Made by a program: the position numbers and the translations under genes. The notes beneath the pieces are model-generated. The model made no database searches. It was not told the DNA's origin and was given only the letters and a program-made list of their open reading frames with translations. Below are positions 9,838-19,343 of a DNA stretch of 52,244 nucleotides, in pieces. Numbering within the stretch: the stretch's first letter is position 1; every line of letters starts with the position of its first letter. Source of the DNA: an uncultured Pseudomonadota bacterium (lineage in GTDB: Bacteria > Babelota > Babeliae > Babelales > JAUPTZ01); contig CAYSBJ010000002.1 in assembly GCA_964429275.1 (NCBI GenBank), forward strand, positions 124,001-176,244, in the 5' to 3' direction.

Positions 9838-11112
9838 TTGGCAATGCAGCGACGCTCCCATCTTATATTAGTTATTTTTACCAACCTTTTCATTCTTGCC
9901 CCGCTTTGTGCGGATAAACCGGTGGTGGTGTCAGCTGAACCCTTGGAATCACAAAAAAAACCATCTTTGCTTCGCCGTTTGGCAACCTATGGTGCTATTA
10001 CGTGGGGAGTCACTGGGGTAGTTGTTGGTTTTATTGCGTGGCGGAATCACAAAAAATGTTCTCTAGAAAGTCGTGCGCTGGTTGCTGTTGTGCGCCAAAA
10101 TGATGGTTTTTATATGCCAGACCGCTTGATGGTGCCAGAACAAAAAACGGTGGTTGAGTCGACAATTGTGCGTAATTGTAAGGCTAACTCTTTAGCATTG
10201 TGTGATGCTTCTATTCGTGATGCGCAGAAAAAAATATATCGGGCATTTTGCTGCTATCGGCTGCGTAAAAGTGCAAAATTACATCCCTTTGTGGTAGCGC
10301 CAGTCAAAGAGAGTGAAGATATTTTTGCACGTACGGCCTGGGTGATTGCGCAGATCCCGGAGCTAGCCACACTATATTATCGTGAGCAGCGGTTTAAAAA
10401 GTTGTCGCCACTGCTGGAAAAGCGTATGAAGTCTATCAAAATTGATCGTGGTGCATTGGCCAAAACGTTAACCACTGATCGGCCGTATGAAATGCTGGAT
10501 GTTATTGAGGAGGCTCATGATCGTTTACTCACGACATTGAGCGCTTATGGAAAAGTGGTTTCGCTGAAAAAGCCATCGGCGTTTAATCGCTTTTTCTTAG
10601 AAGTTGATCATACTTTTATTTTTCTTTTTCAACCCTGTGGGATGGCTAAAAAAGTAATTCTTAAGATCTCTGGGTTGCCGTACTACAAATTGCAAGAGTG
10701 GTATAGAGATGATGGTCTTGAGGGGGAAAATCATAGCCTTTGGCGTAATGTGGATCGCGTTTTAGTGGCTGATGCTATTAGAGCGACTCGTGGCAACTCA
10801 AAAGTGACGGCTCCCGCTAAATATTTGGCGCGGCGCGCGGGGAGTGAAGGAAAACCGCTGGATGATACAACCGCAGTCGTTATGACCGAATGCGTTGAGC
10901 CTGGAGGCAAGCCGTGGCCGTGGACATTGAGCAGGGGAGATAAAAATCGTATTCGTGAATTAGCAGTAACGCATCAACTACCTGATCTTCACCCACTTAA
11001 TTTTTTGCGCGGAGCACATGGTGTGTGGTATTTAATTGATGCAGAAAAAAATCATGCGAAGTCCAAGCTGACAGTCGATCAGTGTCGCAAAAACCTATGG
11101 TGGCTATTTTAA
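9838..11112 (+). CDS. Secreted/membrane protein with a protein-kinase-like C-terminal domain
   Basis: Signal peptide (…APLCA-D), TM YGAITWGVTGVVVGFIAW, VILK, catalytic-loop-like DLHPLN and IDAE. Start may be the ATG at 9844. Confidence 0.7.
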   Translation: MAMQRRSHLILVIFTNLFILAPLCADKPVVVSAEPLESQKKPSLLRRLATYGAITWGVTGVVVGFIAWRNHKKCSLESRALVAVVRQNDGFYMPDRLMVPEQKTVVESTIVRNCKANSLALCDASIRDAQKKIYRAFCCYRLRKSAKLHPFVVAPVKESEDIFARTAWVIAQIPELATLYYREQRFKKLSPLLEKRMKSIKIDRGALAKTLTTDRPYEMLDVIEEAHDRLLTTLSAYGKVVSLKKPSAFNRFFLEVDHTFIFLFQPCGMAKKVILKISGLPYYKLQEWYRDDGLEGENHSLWRNVDRVLVADAIRATRGNSKVTAPAKYLARRAGSEGKPLDDTTAVVMTECVEPGGKPWPWTLSRGDKNRIRELAVTHQLPDLHPLNFLRGAHGVWYLIDAEKNHAKSKLTVDQCRKNLWWLF

Positions 11113-11121
11113 CTATATAGC

Positions 11122-11997
11122 TTATCTTTGGTTCATCATTGCCATTTTTTCAAGACGATCAATGCGTTTGTGTAGTGGCGGGTGGGTGGAGAAAAGATTC
11201 AAAATGCCATTGTTGCGAAATGGATAGACAATGCAGAGGCTTGCAACGCTGGCCATCGCGGTGGACGGCGGGCGTTGTTCATGATTAGTGAGCTCTCCTT
11301 GCAGTTTGCGCAGCGCACTGGCAAGTGCTAAAGGGTCTTGGCAGCATTCAGCGCCGGTTTCATCAGCAGCGTATTCACGGGCACGAGAAATGGCCAGTTG
11401 AATGAGCATAGCGATGAAGGGCGTAAGAAAGGCGATGATAAATAATCCAGCACCGGAACCACGGTTTTCGCTCTCTTTGCCGCGTGCACCCCAAAAGAGC
11501 GACCAGCGGATCATGTCGGCCATGTACGCAATGCAAGTTGCTAATGTAGCGGCAATGGTGCCGATTAAAATATCACGGTTTTTTACGTGTGCCATTTCAT
11601 GCGCTAAAACGCCACGAAGTTCATGCGGTTCGAGCAATGATACAATACCTTCGGTAACGGCAACGACTGCATTTTCTGGGTTTCGACCCGTGGCAAAAGC
11701 GTTTGGTAAATTTCCTGGCACCATATAGAGACGTGGCATTGGCATATTCATGTGACTGGCAAGATCTGCTACAGTGTCATAAATGGTCTGATATTTTTCT
11801 TGTGACAATGGTGTCGCGCGGTACATGGCAAGCACCAGGCGGTCAGCATAAAAATAGGTGAGAAGATTTGTTAGTGACGCGATGCAGAGTGCAAAAAGCA
11901 TGCCGTGTGGGCCGCCAAATGAGTAACCAAGTAGTGCTGCCAGTGTTCCTAAAATAGAGAATAAAAATGCTGTTTTAACCTGATTAATGCTGATCAT
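11122..11997 (-). CDS. htpX: Zinc metalloprotease HtpX (M48)
   Basis: PNAFATGRNP, HEMAH zinc motif, SRAREYAAD and STHPP. Likely start MISINQ at 11997 (ORF track 12027). Confidence 0.95.
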   Translation of the reverse strand: MISINQVKTAFLFSILGTLAALLGYSFGGPHGMLFALCIASLTNLLTYFYADRLVLAMYRATPLSQEKYQTIYDTVADLASHMNMPMPRLYMVPGNLPNAFATGRNPENAVVAVTEGIVSLLEPHELRGVLAHEMAHVKNRDILIGTIAATLATCIAYMADMIRWSLFWGARGKESENRGSGAGLFIIAFLTPFIAMLIQLAISRAREYAADETGAECCQDPLALASALRKLQGELTNHEQRPPSTAMASVASLCIVYPFRNNGILNLFSTHPPLHKRIDRLEKMAMMNQR

Positions 11998-12010
11998 ACT
12001 CTTATATTCC

Positions 12011-12478
12011 TTATTCGTCGTATTCAACTTTCCATTCTTCTACCACTTCATCGGTGCATGGCGGAGCTTCTTCCGTTTTTGGTTTCGGCTTTGGCAGTGG
12101 TGTTGGCGTTCGTGGTTTTTTGAGCGAAAGTAGTTTGGTTGCGTTTTTGGTTGCTTCTAGTTTAAGTGCTTCTGTTTCTTCCCCAAACTGACTTTGCGCC
12201 TGTTCAAATGCCTTGTTCATGTCATCTTGCATTTTTTTTATCTTGCGTTGCAAGCGTAAGATCATTTCAACACCGGCAATGTTAACACCAAGCTTGTGAG
12301 TTAGATGAATAATTTCTTCAAGCTTGTCGACGTCTTCTTCTGAAAAGAGTCGAGTACCACCTTCGGTTCGATGGGGTGTTAAGAGGCCTTCTTTTTCGTA
12401 CAACCGGATTGTTTGTTGGTGTACGTCAAACATTTTGGCAACAACCGATATCGAATAATATCCCTTGCGGCGTTTCAT
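12011..12478 (-). CDS. hspR: MerR-family heat-shock repressor HspR-like
   Basis: YSISVVAKMFDVHQQTIRLYEKEGLLTPHRTEGGTRLFS and LGVNIAGVEMIL match HspR signatures. Confidence 0.85.
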   Translation of the reverse strand: MKRRKGYYSISVVAKMFDVHQQTIRLYEKEGLLTPHRTEGGTRLFSEEDVDKLEEIIHLTHKLGVNIAGVEMILRLQRKIKKMQDDMNKAFEQAQSQFGEETEALKLEATKNATKLLSLKKPRTPTPLPKPKPKTEEAPPCTDEVVEEWKVEYDE

Positions 12479-12489
12479 AGTAGGCGACC

Positions 12490-14313
12490 TTACTTTTTCA
12501 AAATGGTTAAGAATGCTTCTTGCGGAACCTCTACGGAACCAACCTGCTTCATTCTCTTTTTACCTTCTTTTTGCTTTTCAAGCAACTTGCGCTTACGAGT
12601 AATGTCACCGCCATAACATTTTGCGGTTACGTTTTTGCGTAATGCGCTGACGCTTTCGCGCGCAATGATTTTAGCGCCGATTGCTGCCTGAATTGCAACT
12701 TCAAACATTTGGCGATGGATAACTTCTTTTAGCTTTTGCGTCAACTGGCGGCCGACTGATAGCGCGTTATCTCGATGCACAATTACTGATAGCGCATCAA
12801 CTGGTTTGCCGTTGAGCAATATGTTCATTTTTACTAAATCAGCGGCCTGATAGCCTGCTTCTTCGTAGTCAAAACTTGCATACCCGGCACTGCGCGACTT
12901 GAGCAGATCATAAAAATCAGTCACAATTTCGTTGAGCGGCAGCGAGTATTCAAGAATAACGCGATTTTCGTCAATATACTTCATGTTTTTTTGTGTGCCG
13001 CGGTGTTCTTGGCACAGCTGCATCATGTTGCCCAGGTATGTAGTAGGGCAGATGATGGTAGCGTTCACCATTGGCTCTCGAATTTCGGCGATACGCTGAA
13101 TTTCTGGGAAGTAGGATGGGTTTTCAATGTTCATCTTGGTGCCATCGGTCAAGTCAAGCTGATATAACACGGTTGGCGAAGTTACGATTATTGTTACATT
13201 GTATTCTTGCTCTAGGCGCTGACGGAACACGTCCATGTGGAGTAGTCCTAAAAAACCACAACGGAAGCCAAAGCCAAGGGCAACTGAGGTTTCCTTTTCT
13301 ACGGATACCGACGGGTCGTTTAATGTTAATTTTTCTATGGCATCACGGAGCAAATCAAACTCAGTTGTTTCTACGGGGTAAATACCCGCAAATACCATGG
13401 CGCGTGCTGGCTTAAATCCAGGAAGAGCTTCGACTGGTTGTCGGAAATGGAAAAAGGTATCGCCGATACGTGCTTCGCGGACTGTTTTCATGCCGCAGAT
13501 GATAAATCCCACTTGGCCAGTATAGAGTCCTTTGGTTTGTACTGGATCTGGATGCATGATGCCAATATTTAAGATTTCGTACGAATCACCAGTGTTTGCT
13601 GAGGTAATCTTATCTCCCTTCGCTACGTAACCGTCGATGACTTCGATTAAACACACAATACCTTGATATTCGTCAAACCATGAGTCAAAAAGGAGCGCTT
13701 TAAATGGTTTTGTAGCATCGCCATTTGGTTGTGGTGTGCGCTTGATGATTTCAGCAATAACTAGGTCAAGATTGATGTTTGCTTTTGCGGAAGCCAAAAT
13801 AATGTCTTCGCGGTCAATATCAAAAATGTTTTTCATTTCGACGGCTATGCGCTCTGGGTCGGCGGCAGCCATATCGATTTTATTGATTACTGGAATGATG
13901 GTTAGGTCTTGCTCAAATGCATGATAAAAGTTTGCCATTGTTTGTGCTTGCACCCCTTGTGCAGCGTCAACAAGAAGAACGGCTGCTTGACACGCAGCAA
14001 GCGAGCGCGAAACTTCGTAACTAAAGTCAACGTGACCTGGAGTATCAATCAAGTTTAAAAGGTAGGTGACACCGTCGAGTGTATAAAAGAGTGTTGATGA
14101 TTGCGCTTTAACCGTGATGCCACGTTCACGTTCGACTTGAAGCCGATCTAGAAACTGTTCATTTTTGGTACGTGTGTTGATAGTGCCAGTCATCTCGAGA
14201 AGGCGGTCAGCCAGAGTTGATTTACCATGGTCGATGTGGGCAATGATGGAAAAGTTACGGATAACTTTTGGCGTAAACTGTTCTAATTTATGAATATATT
14301 TTTCAGTGCTCAT
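12490..14313 (-). CDS. lepA: Translation factor LepA (EF-4)
   Basis: IRNFSIIAHIDHGKSTLADRL, RERGITVK, DTPGHVDF and KCYGGDITRKRKLLEKQK. Confidence 0.98.
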   Translation of the reverse strand: MSTEKYIHKLEQFTPKVIRNFSIIAHIDHGKSTLADRLLEMTGTINTRTKNEQFLDRLQVERERGITVKAQSSTLFYTLDGVTYLLNLIDTPGHVDFSYEVSRSLAACQAAVLLVDAAQGVQAQTMANFYHAFEQDLTIIPVINKIDMAAADPERIAVEMKNIFDIDREDIILASAKANINLDLVIAEIIKRTPQPNGDATKPFKALLFDSWFDEYQGIVCLIEVIDGYVAKGDKITSANTGDSYEILNIGIMHPDPVQTKGLYTGQVGFIICGMKTVREARIGDTFFHFRQPVEALPGFKPARAMVFAGIYPVETTEFDLLRDAIEKLTLNDPSVSVEKETSVALGFGFRCGFLGLLHMDVFRQRLEQEYNVTIIVTSPTVLYQLDLTDGTKMNIENPSYFPEIQRIAEIREPMVNATIICPTTYLGNMMQLCQEHRGTQKNMKYIDENRVILEYSLPLNEIVTDFYDLLKSRSAGYASFDYEEAGYQAADLVKMNILLNGKPVDALSVIVHRDNALSVGRQLTQKLKEVIHRQMFEVAIQAAIGAKIIARESVSALRKNVTAKCYGGDITRKRKLLEKQKEGKKRMKQVGSVEVPQEAFLTILKK

Positions 14314-14329
14314 GGGTACAAACCTAACG

Positions 14330-14566
14330 TTAAAGCGGACGAATTTTTATAGAAGCAGCTAAGCGGCGACTGATGGCAAATAAGCTGCGTGTGTCTGTTG
14401 AAATACACACTGGTTGCGTTTCAGAAAGTTCTGATTGCTGAATCTTTGTGAGTGTGCACCCAACATAAATGCCGATTGCATGCAATCGCTGTTCTTCAGA
14501 GCTTGGTGCTGTAACGGCTACTACCGTAGCAGCATGATCGCAATCAAGTTCAAGCAGAGTCATCAT
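14330..14566 (-). CDS. feoA: FeoA-domain (SH3-like) protein
   Basis: EQRLHAIGIYVGCTL...FAISRRLAASIKI matches the FeoA pattern. ATG at 14566 lies 1 nt after the argS stop (ORF track 14611). Confidence 0.7.
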   Translation of the reverse strand: MMTLLELDCDHAATVVAVTAPSSEEQRLHAIGIYVGCTLTKIQQSELSETQPVCISTDTRSLFAISRRLAASIKIRPL

Positions 14567-14567
14567 G

Positions 14568-16235
14568 CTACATGCGCTCCCGTCGTGAAAGGCCGAGTAA
14601 GTCAAGAGCAAGCCCTAGTGTTTGCTGTGTTACTGCTATCAAGGCAAGTCTTCGAGCTGTTGTTTCAGGCTGTGCAGTGTCAACTACGCGGTTGTTAGTA
14701 TAAAAAGTATGAAAAACTTGCGCTAGATCGAGAGCATAAGTTGCTAGAATATGTGTAGCATACTGTGTTGCAACAGCGTTTAATGCGCTACCAAATCCAA
14801 GTAGTTTTTTAAGAACAGCTATTTCTTCGCCGGTGCATGCTCCGACAGTGATATCGGCGGTAATACCAAGATCAGTTGCTTTTTGCATGATGCTTAATGT
14901 GCGGACATAGGCGTACTGGAGATAAAAAACCGGGTTTTCTTGTGATTGTTTTAGCGCAATGTCGATGTCTAGCTCTAGATGTGAGTCAGCTTTTTTGTGT
15001 AAGAAAAAGAAGCGTGCCGCGTCAACGCCGACAGTATCAATTACTTCTCGTAGACCGATGAAGTTTCCGGATCGCTTTGACATTTTGACTGGAGCGTCTC
15101 CTTGTTTGAGACTTACAAGTTGGTAAAGAATAACATCGAGACGATTTGCATCATAACCGAGTGCGGCAAGAGTACCTTTGAGCCGCAGAACATACCCATG
15201 ATGGTCTTGGCCAACAATGTCGATGAGCGTTTGCGCACCACGTGCAAATTTGTGTACGTGATAGGCGATATCTGGGGCGATGTACGTTAAGCTACCATCC
15301 TGTTTGCGGATAACACGATCTTTGTCATCGCCAAACTCAGTTGACTTAAACCATAATGCGCCATCTTTGGTATAGAGAAATTCGCGTCGCTCGAGCTCGC
15401 TTAATGCGTCGGTAATAGCACCATTATTGTGCAGCGATAGTTCAGAGAACCAGGAGTCGAGTTTTACTCCGTAGTCAGCAAGTTCTTCTTTTTGCTGCGC
15501 AATCAGTTTGGTTTTTGCATAGGAAGTGAAAAAATTAATGTCATTTTCAAGAACGCTGCGTCCGTGTTCTTGAACGCATTCTTCAGCTATTTCGATGAGG
15601 TATTGGCCATGATATCCCTCTTCTGGAATTTCAGCGGTGCCACCAAGGAGTTCAATACAGCGTACTTTAAGTGATGCACCAAGCTTTTGCATTTGAGCCC
15701 CAGCATCATTAATGTAGAACTCGGTTGTTACGTCATGTCCAATGAAGCGTAGTACACGGGCAAGAATATCGCCAATAATAGCGTTTCGGCCGTGGCCTAG
15801 ATGTAATGGCCCCGTTGGATTGGCGCTGACATATTCGATGAGGTAAGAATGTGGTTGTTGTTTTGTTTCTGCCTTAAAGAATGCAGCAGGAGAAGTGCTT
15901 ATTTGCTGTACGAGCGATGCCCATGCTTGGGGGGCAAGTGTAATATTGATGAATCCGGGCCCAGCAATTTCGATATGGGAAAGGGAGCCGTATTGATTGA
16001 GCTCAATTTGACTTTTGATAGCGGTCACAATTTGTTCAGCAACAGCACGCGGTGGTTTTTTGAGTGCTCGCGCCAATGTCATGGCGGCGTTTGTTGTTAG
16101 GTCTCCTTGATGGTGCGATGTCGCGTCAAGAAGTGTAACGGTCGCGCCGGTAGCACGAACCTCTTCCGAAGTAAGAGAAACGGCGTCAGCGATAAGAGAA
16201 AGAAGTGTGTCAGATAGGGCCCGGATAGTAAACAT
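14568..16235 (-). CDS. argS: Arginine--tRNA ligase
   Basis: IEYVSANPTGPLHLGHGR (HIGH motif), KMSKRSG and YLQYAYVR. Confidence 0.97.
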   Translation of the reverse strand: MFTIRALSDTLLSLIADAVSLTSEEVRATGATVTLLDATSHHQGDLTTNAAMTLARALKKPPRAVAEQIVTAIKSQIELNQYGSLSHIEIAGPGFINITLAPQAWASLVQQISTSPAAFFKAETKQQPHSYLIEYVSANPTGPLHLGHGRNAIIGDILARVLRFIGHDVTTEFYINDAGAQMQKLGASLKVRCIELLGGTAEIPEEGYHGQYLIEIAEECVQEHGRSVLENDINFFTSYAKTKLIAQQKEELADYGVKLDSWFSELSLHNNGAITDALSELERREFLYTKDGALWFKSTEFGDDKDRVIRKQDGSLTYIAPDIAYHVHKFARGAQTLIDIVGQDHHGYVLRLKGTLAALGYDANRLDVILYQLVSLKQGDAPVKMSKRSGNFIGLREVIDTVGVDAARFFFLHKKADSHLELDIDIALKQSQENPVFYLQYAYVRTLSIMQKATDLGITADITVGACTGEEIAVLKKLLGFGSALNAVATQYATHILATYALDLAQVFHTFYTNNRVVDTAQPETTARRLALIAVTQQTLGLALDLLGLSRRERM

Positions 16236-16292
16236 GAAAATACTCTATTTAAGCTGGTAATACACTAAATGCAAAACGCGCTTGTGTAGCGC

Positions 16293-16364
16293 GTCATCGC
16301 GAGCGTAGCGCAGCAATCCAGAGGTTATATATGGATTGCTGCGTCGTGACCTCCTCGCAATGAC
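16293..16364. repeat. RPE/REP-like palindromic intergenic element
   Basis: GTCATCGCGAG...CGCAGCAATCCA-(11 nt)-TGGATTGCTGCG...CTCGCAATGAC: a 12-bp perfect inner stem and an 11-bp outer stem with one mismatch. Resembles the GTCATTGCGAG...GCAATC family of dispersed palindromes. Confidence 0.75.
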
Positions 16365-16409
16365 AGCTGATGCTGCCTGCAAAATAGGCGTTATCGTACC
16401 AAAGAGTGC

Positions 16410-17711
16410 TTAAAAGGTCCAACGAATACTCAGTTCGCCGCCGCCAGCGTAAATACGGCTTGCGCTTGAGGAATGCTGACCCATGACTGGCCAGTGCACT
16501 GCAAAATCGATTTGTGGCACAAATCGATGGTTGTCGCTTGGGGTATAGCCAAATCGTGTAAATACTGTGTGGTTTTTCCATTTAGTTAGGCGCGGGTCAC
16601 TATTCAACCGAGCATTTTGGGCGCCAGGGTTTGTAGAGAGGCCAGAACCGGTTAGGACGGTGCTATCTTGTAGGGTAAGTTGGGTGAGCTCTTGATAGCT
16701 AAAGTGATAGCCGCCGGTTATGAAGAAGCCAAGAAAGCGATTAAAACTTATGCCGGTCTCAAATACCCACAACGAGCCCGGGTCTTTGAGTACGATGCCA
16801 GTTCCGAGAAGTGGTGGTCCACTAAAGTAAGAATTGGTGCTAGTATCGTCGCGTACTATGTGAAGGGTGTCGGCATAGCGCCCGTACGAGGTTGTAGCGG
16901 CCGATACTTCCACACCGATATGATTGGTCACTTGAGCAATAAGGTCAATTTGGGCACTGTACCCATGGGTTTGGTTGTGTGGGAGGAATGCAGGGGCGAG
17001 CGGGTGGTCAAAGTGTGTTGGTTTGAAGGTATATCCGGCGAGTAAGGTGCCGCTTATTTCTTTTATAAGGTTCTCGGTGAGATTTGCCTGTCCGTGCCAT
17101 CCAAGGAAATAGCCTGCTCGCTCAAGAGCTAGCTTGCGGTTGGTGTAAGAAATGCCAGGGAGATTGTTCGCTCCTAGGACTTGGTCAAAATGATCGGTGA
17201 AAGAAGTCACGCGTGCGTTGTATTTATCTGGGCCGTTTGGTAATGGTTTTTGCGCCATAATCTGGTCAACGAATTGAAGATTGAGACGGAGAAACAAGCC
17301 GCTAAAGATGTAGTGGGTGTACGCCATGTGGTACGACTGGAGTTGGTAGTAATTGTTCGGATCATTAAAGCGGAGAGTAGCATCGACTGCAGGGTTTGTT
17401 ATTGATTCTGAGCCGCTTGCGTTGAAATAGGTGTAGTTAATGCTTCCAGAGGGAGTGGTAAGCCCTTTGTAAAACTGGCTTATTTGCGGTATTCCGTATT
17501 GTTCTAGAAATGGTACCTGGCTGCCAGTGCCGTTGTAACTGGAGCGGCCCTCAGTTTTGCTCACGGCAAAGGAAAAAGTAGCGGCTTTTTTTTCAAACCC
17601 ACGCACTAAAAAGTGGGGTGCAACTGGTTCTTCTGGACTTACATAAAATAGTGCACCACTCAGTGATGATGCGGTTAACGCAAATAGGGGCAAGAGTGAT
17701 GTGATACGCAT
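16410..17711 (-). CDS. Putative outer-membrane beta-barrel protein
   Basis: Signal peptide, many aromatic-rich amphipathic strands, and C-terminal GGGELSIRWTF ending in Phe (BAM-signal-like). Confidence 0.7.
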   Translation of the reverse strand: MRITSLLPLFALTASSLSGALFYVSPEEPVAPHFLVRGFEKKAATFSFAVSKTEGRSSYNGTGSQVPFLEQYGIPQISQFYKGLTTPSGSINYTYFNASGSESITNPAVDATLRFNDPNNYYQLQSYHMAYTHYIFSGLFLRLNLQFVDQIMAQKPLPNGPDKYNARVTSFTDHFDQVLGANNLPGISYTNRKLALERAGYFLGWHGQANLTENLIKEISGTLLAGYTFKPTHFDHPLAPAFLPHNQTHGYSAQIDLIAQVTNHIGVEVSAATTSYGRYADTLHIVRDDTSTNSYFSGPPLLGTGIVLKDPGSLWVFETGISFNRFLGFFITGGYHFSYQELTQLTLQDSTVLTGSGLSTNPGAQNARLNSDPRLTKWKNHTVFTRFGYTPSDNHRFVPQIDFAVHWPVMGQHSSSASRIYAGGGELSIRWTF

Positions 17712-17841
17712 GTGGATGCTGTCTCCTCAAGGGAAAATAGAAAAATGGGTCAATGTGAAGGACAGTGTAGCCAGAAAGGCACGCGTTTGCCAATAGTCTA
17801 AAGTTCGTTATACTCTGGCTTTGAAAAAAAATGAGGTTTTT

Positions 17842-18426
17842 ATGAATGTGTCGCATGGTTCGCGATGGGTGACGGTTTCAAATTTTCTTTCGCTGCTGCG
17901 CCTTTTATTTGCGCCTTTTGTTGTCTGGGCATTGCTTAATCAGCAGTGGCAGTGTGCGTGTGTCTTATTTGCGGTTGGCAGTATTACAGATTTACTTGAC
18001 GGGTATCTTGCGCGACGATTGCAAGAAGAAACGGTGGTGGGGCAGTACTTGGATCCAATAGCGGATAAAGTATTTTTGACTGCTTCTTTTGCCGCGCTGG
18101 CCTATGTTCAGCTGGATACGGTGGGACTCCCAGCTTGGTTTATTTGGTTGGTTTTTATTCGTGAGCTAATAATTTTGAGTGGTGGCACCGTCTTAGTGTG
18201 GCTTTCGGCTGGTGATAATATGACGCCATCAGTGTGGGGGAAATTGACAACCGCTGGTTACATGCTTCTTATTATGTGGTTATTCCTTTGTTACTTTGCG
18301 GGGTGGCTTCCCGCAAAAAGCTTTAATGTGGCATTAGTGCTAGTCGCGAGTACGGCCTGTCTGTCGCTGCTGCATTATTGTTGGCGAGGGTGGGCCCTTA
18401 TTAGGCGTTGTTATCGGAGAAGGTAA
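17842..18426 (+). CDS. pgsA: CDP-alcohol phosphatidyltransferase (PgsA-like)
   Basis: NFLSLLRL and TDLLDGYLARRL...GQYLDPIADK. Likely ATG at 17842 after GAGG (ORF track 17821). Confidence 0.9.
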   Translation: MNVSHGSRWVTVSNFLSLLRLLFAPFVVWALLNQQWQCACVLFAVGSITDLLDGYLARRLQEETVVGQYLDPIADKVFLTASFAALAYVQLDTVGLPAWFIWLVFIRELIILSGGTVLVWLSAGDNMTPSVWGKLTTAGYMLLIMWLFLCYFAGWLPAKSFNVALVLVASTACLSLLHYCWRGWALIRRCYRRR

Positions 18427-18551
18427 AGTTGGATGCGCCGTTTTGATCGGCCGATTCAAAATAATTATGGAAAAAAAATAGGGATTGTGTATTATTCGAC
18501 CACCAAGTGAAACTGCTCGTCGGTTTTTTAGGTGGAAGAAGGAGCTTTCGT

Positions 18552-18595
18552 AAGAAAAAAGGGAGAGGTTATTAAAAGCCTCTCCCTTTTTTCTT
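18552..18595. terminator. Intrinsic terminator, bidirectional-type
   Basis: AAGAAAAAAGGGAGAGG-N10-CCTCTCCCTTTTTTCTT inverted repeat. Confidence 0.8.
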
Positions 18596-18659
18596 GCAAA
18601 TGGCAAGTTTCTTTGTCTATGATGCTCGGACATAATCAGAGCCGTAAGGGGCGTTCAAA

Positions 18660-19343
18660 ATGATTCTTCGTATTATAGTGTGTGTGTTTATTGGTCTATG
18701 GTCAGGCAGTCTTTTCTCAGCTACCGAGGATGCGGTTGCGTATGGAAATGCAGCTTTAGCTCAAATTAAAACCCTGCAAGCAGTGGTGGCGGCGCGGGCT
18801 AATTATTTTTCTTCTCCCAGCGATGTTGCTCTTGCTGTAGAGTGTTTGGATAATGCAAGTAAGAATCTGCAGTTATTTATTAACGATAGCCATACGACAG
18901 AGATTGGCTGGTTTTTAGTAGAAGAGATTGCAAAAACAATAGGAACGGTGGGTAATGACGTTTTGGTTGGCAACGATATTTCAGCTTACTTAGCTGACTT
19001 TGCAGCGTGGTCTGATACAAGTGGATCCCGCATTACAAGTCCAAATACTCGTGTGTGGTCAACAACTTTTTGCATTGAGGTGCGGCGGCGTATTTTTGGG
19101 CAACTTCTCAAGGCACTACGTCTTATTCCATTGACAATGACTACGCGTCTGCAGGTGCAGGCGCCGTGGAAGCATGAACTTGCGCGTGCTCCGGGTACCG
19201 ATTGGTTGCCACCAAAGCGTGTGAGTTCTTGGAAAAAAATGCCGCCCTTGATGAAAGCAGCAATAATTAGTGGCTGCGTTTCAATAGCTCTTGCTGGTGG
19301 CGTCTATGCAGTTGTTATTCTAAGGGAGCGCTTTCGTGACTAA
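18660..19343 (+). CDS. Hypothetical exported protein with a C-terminal TM anchor
   Basis: Signal peptide (…GSLFSA) and C-terminal TM AAIISGCVSIALAGGVYAVVIL. Confidence 0.75.
   Translation: MILRIIVCVFIGLWSGSLFSATEDAVAYGNAALAQIKTLQAVVAARANYFSSPSDVALAVECLDNASKNLQLFINDSHTTEIGWFLVEEIAKTIGTVGNDVLVGNDISAYLADFAAWSDTSGSRITSPNTRVWSTTFCIEVRRRIFGQLLKALRLIPLTMTTRLQVQAPWKHELARAPGTDWLPPKRVSSWKKMPPLMKAAIISGCVSIALAGGVYAVVILRERFRD

Noticed and set aside
18432..18553. Short ORFs between pgsA and its terminator
   Set aside because: About 25 codons, no convincing RBS and no recognisable motif.
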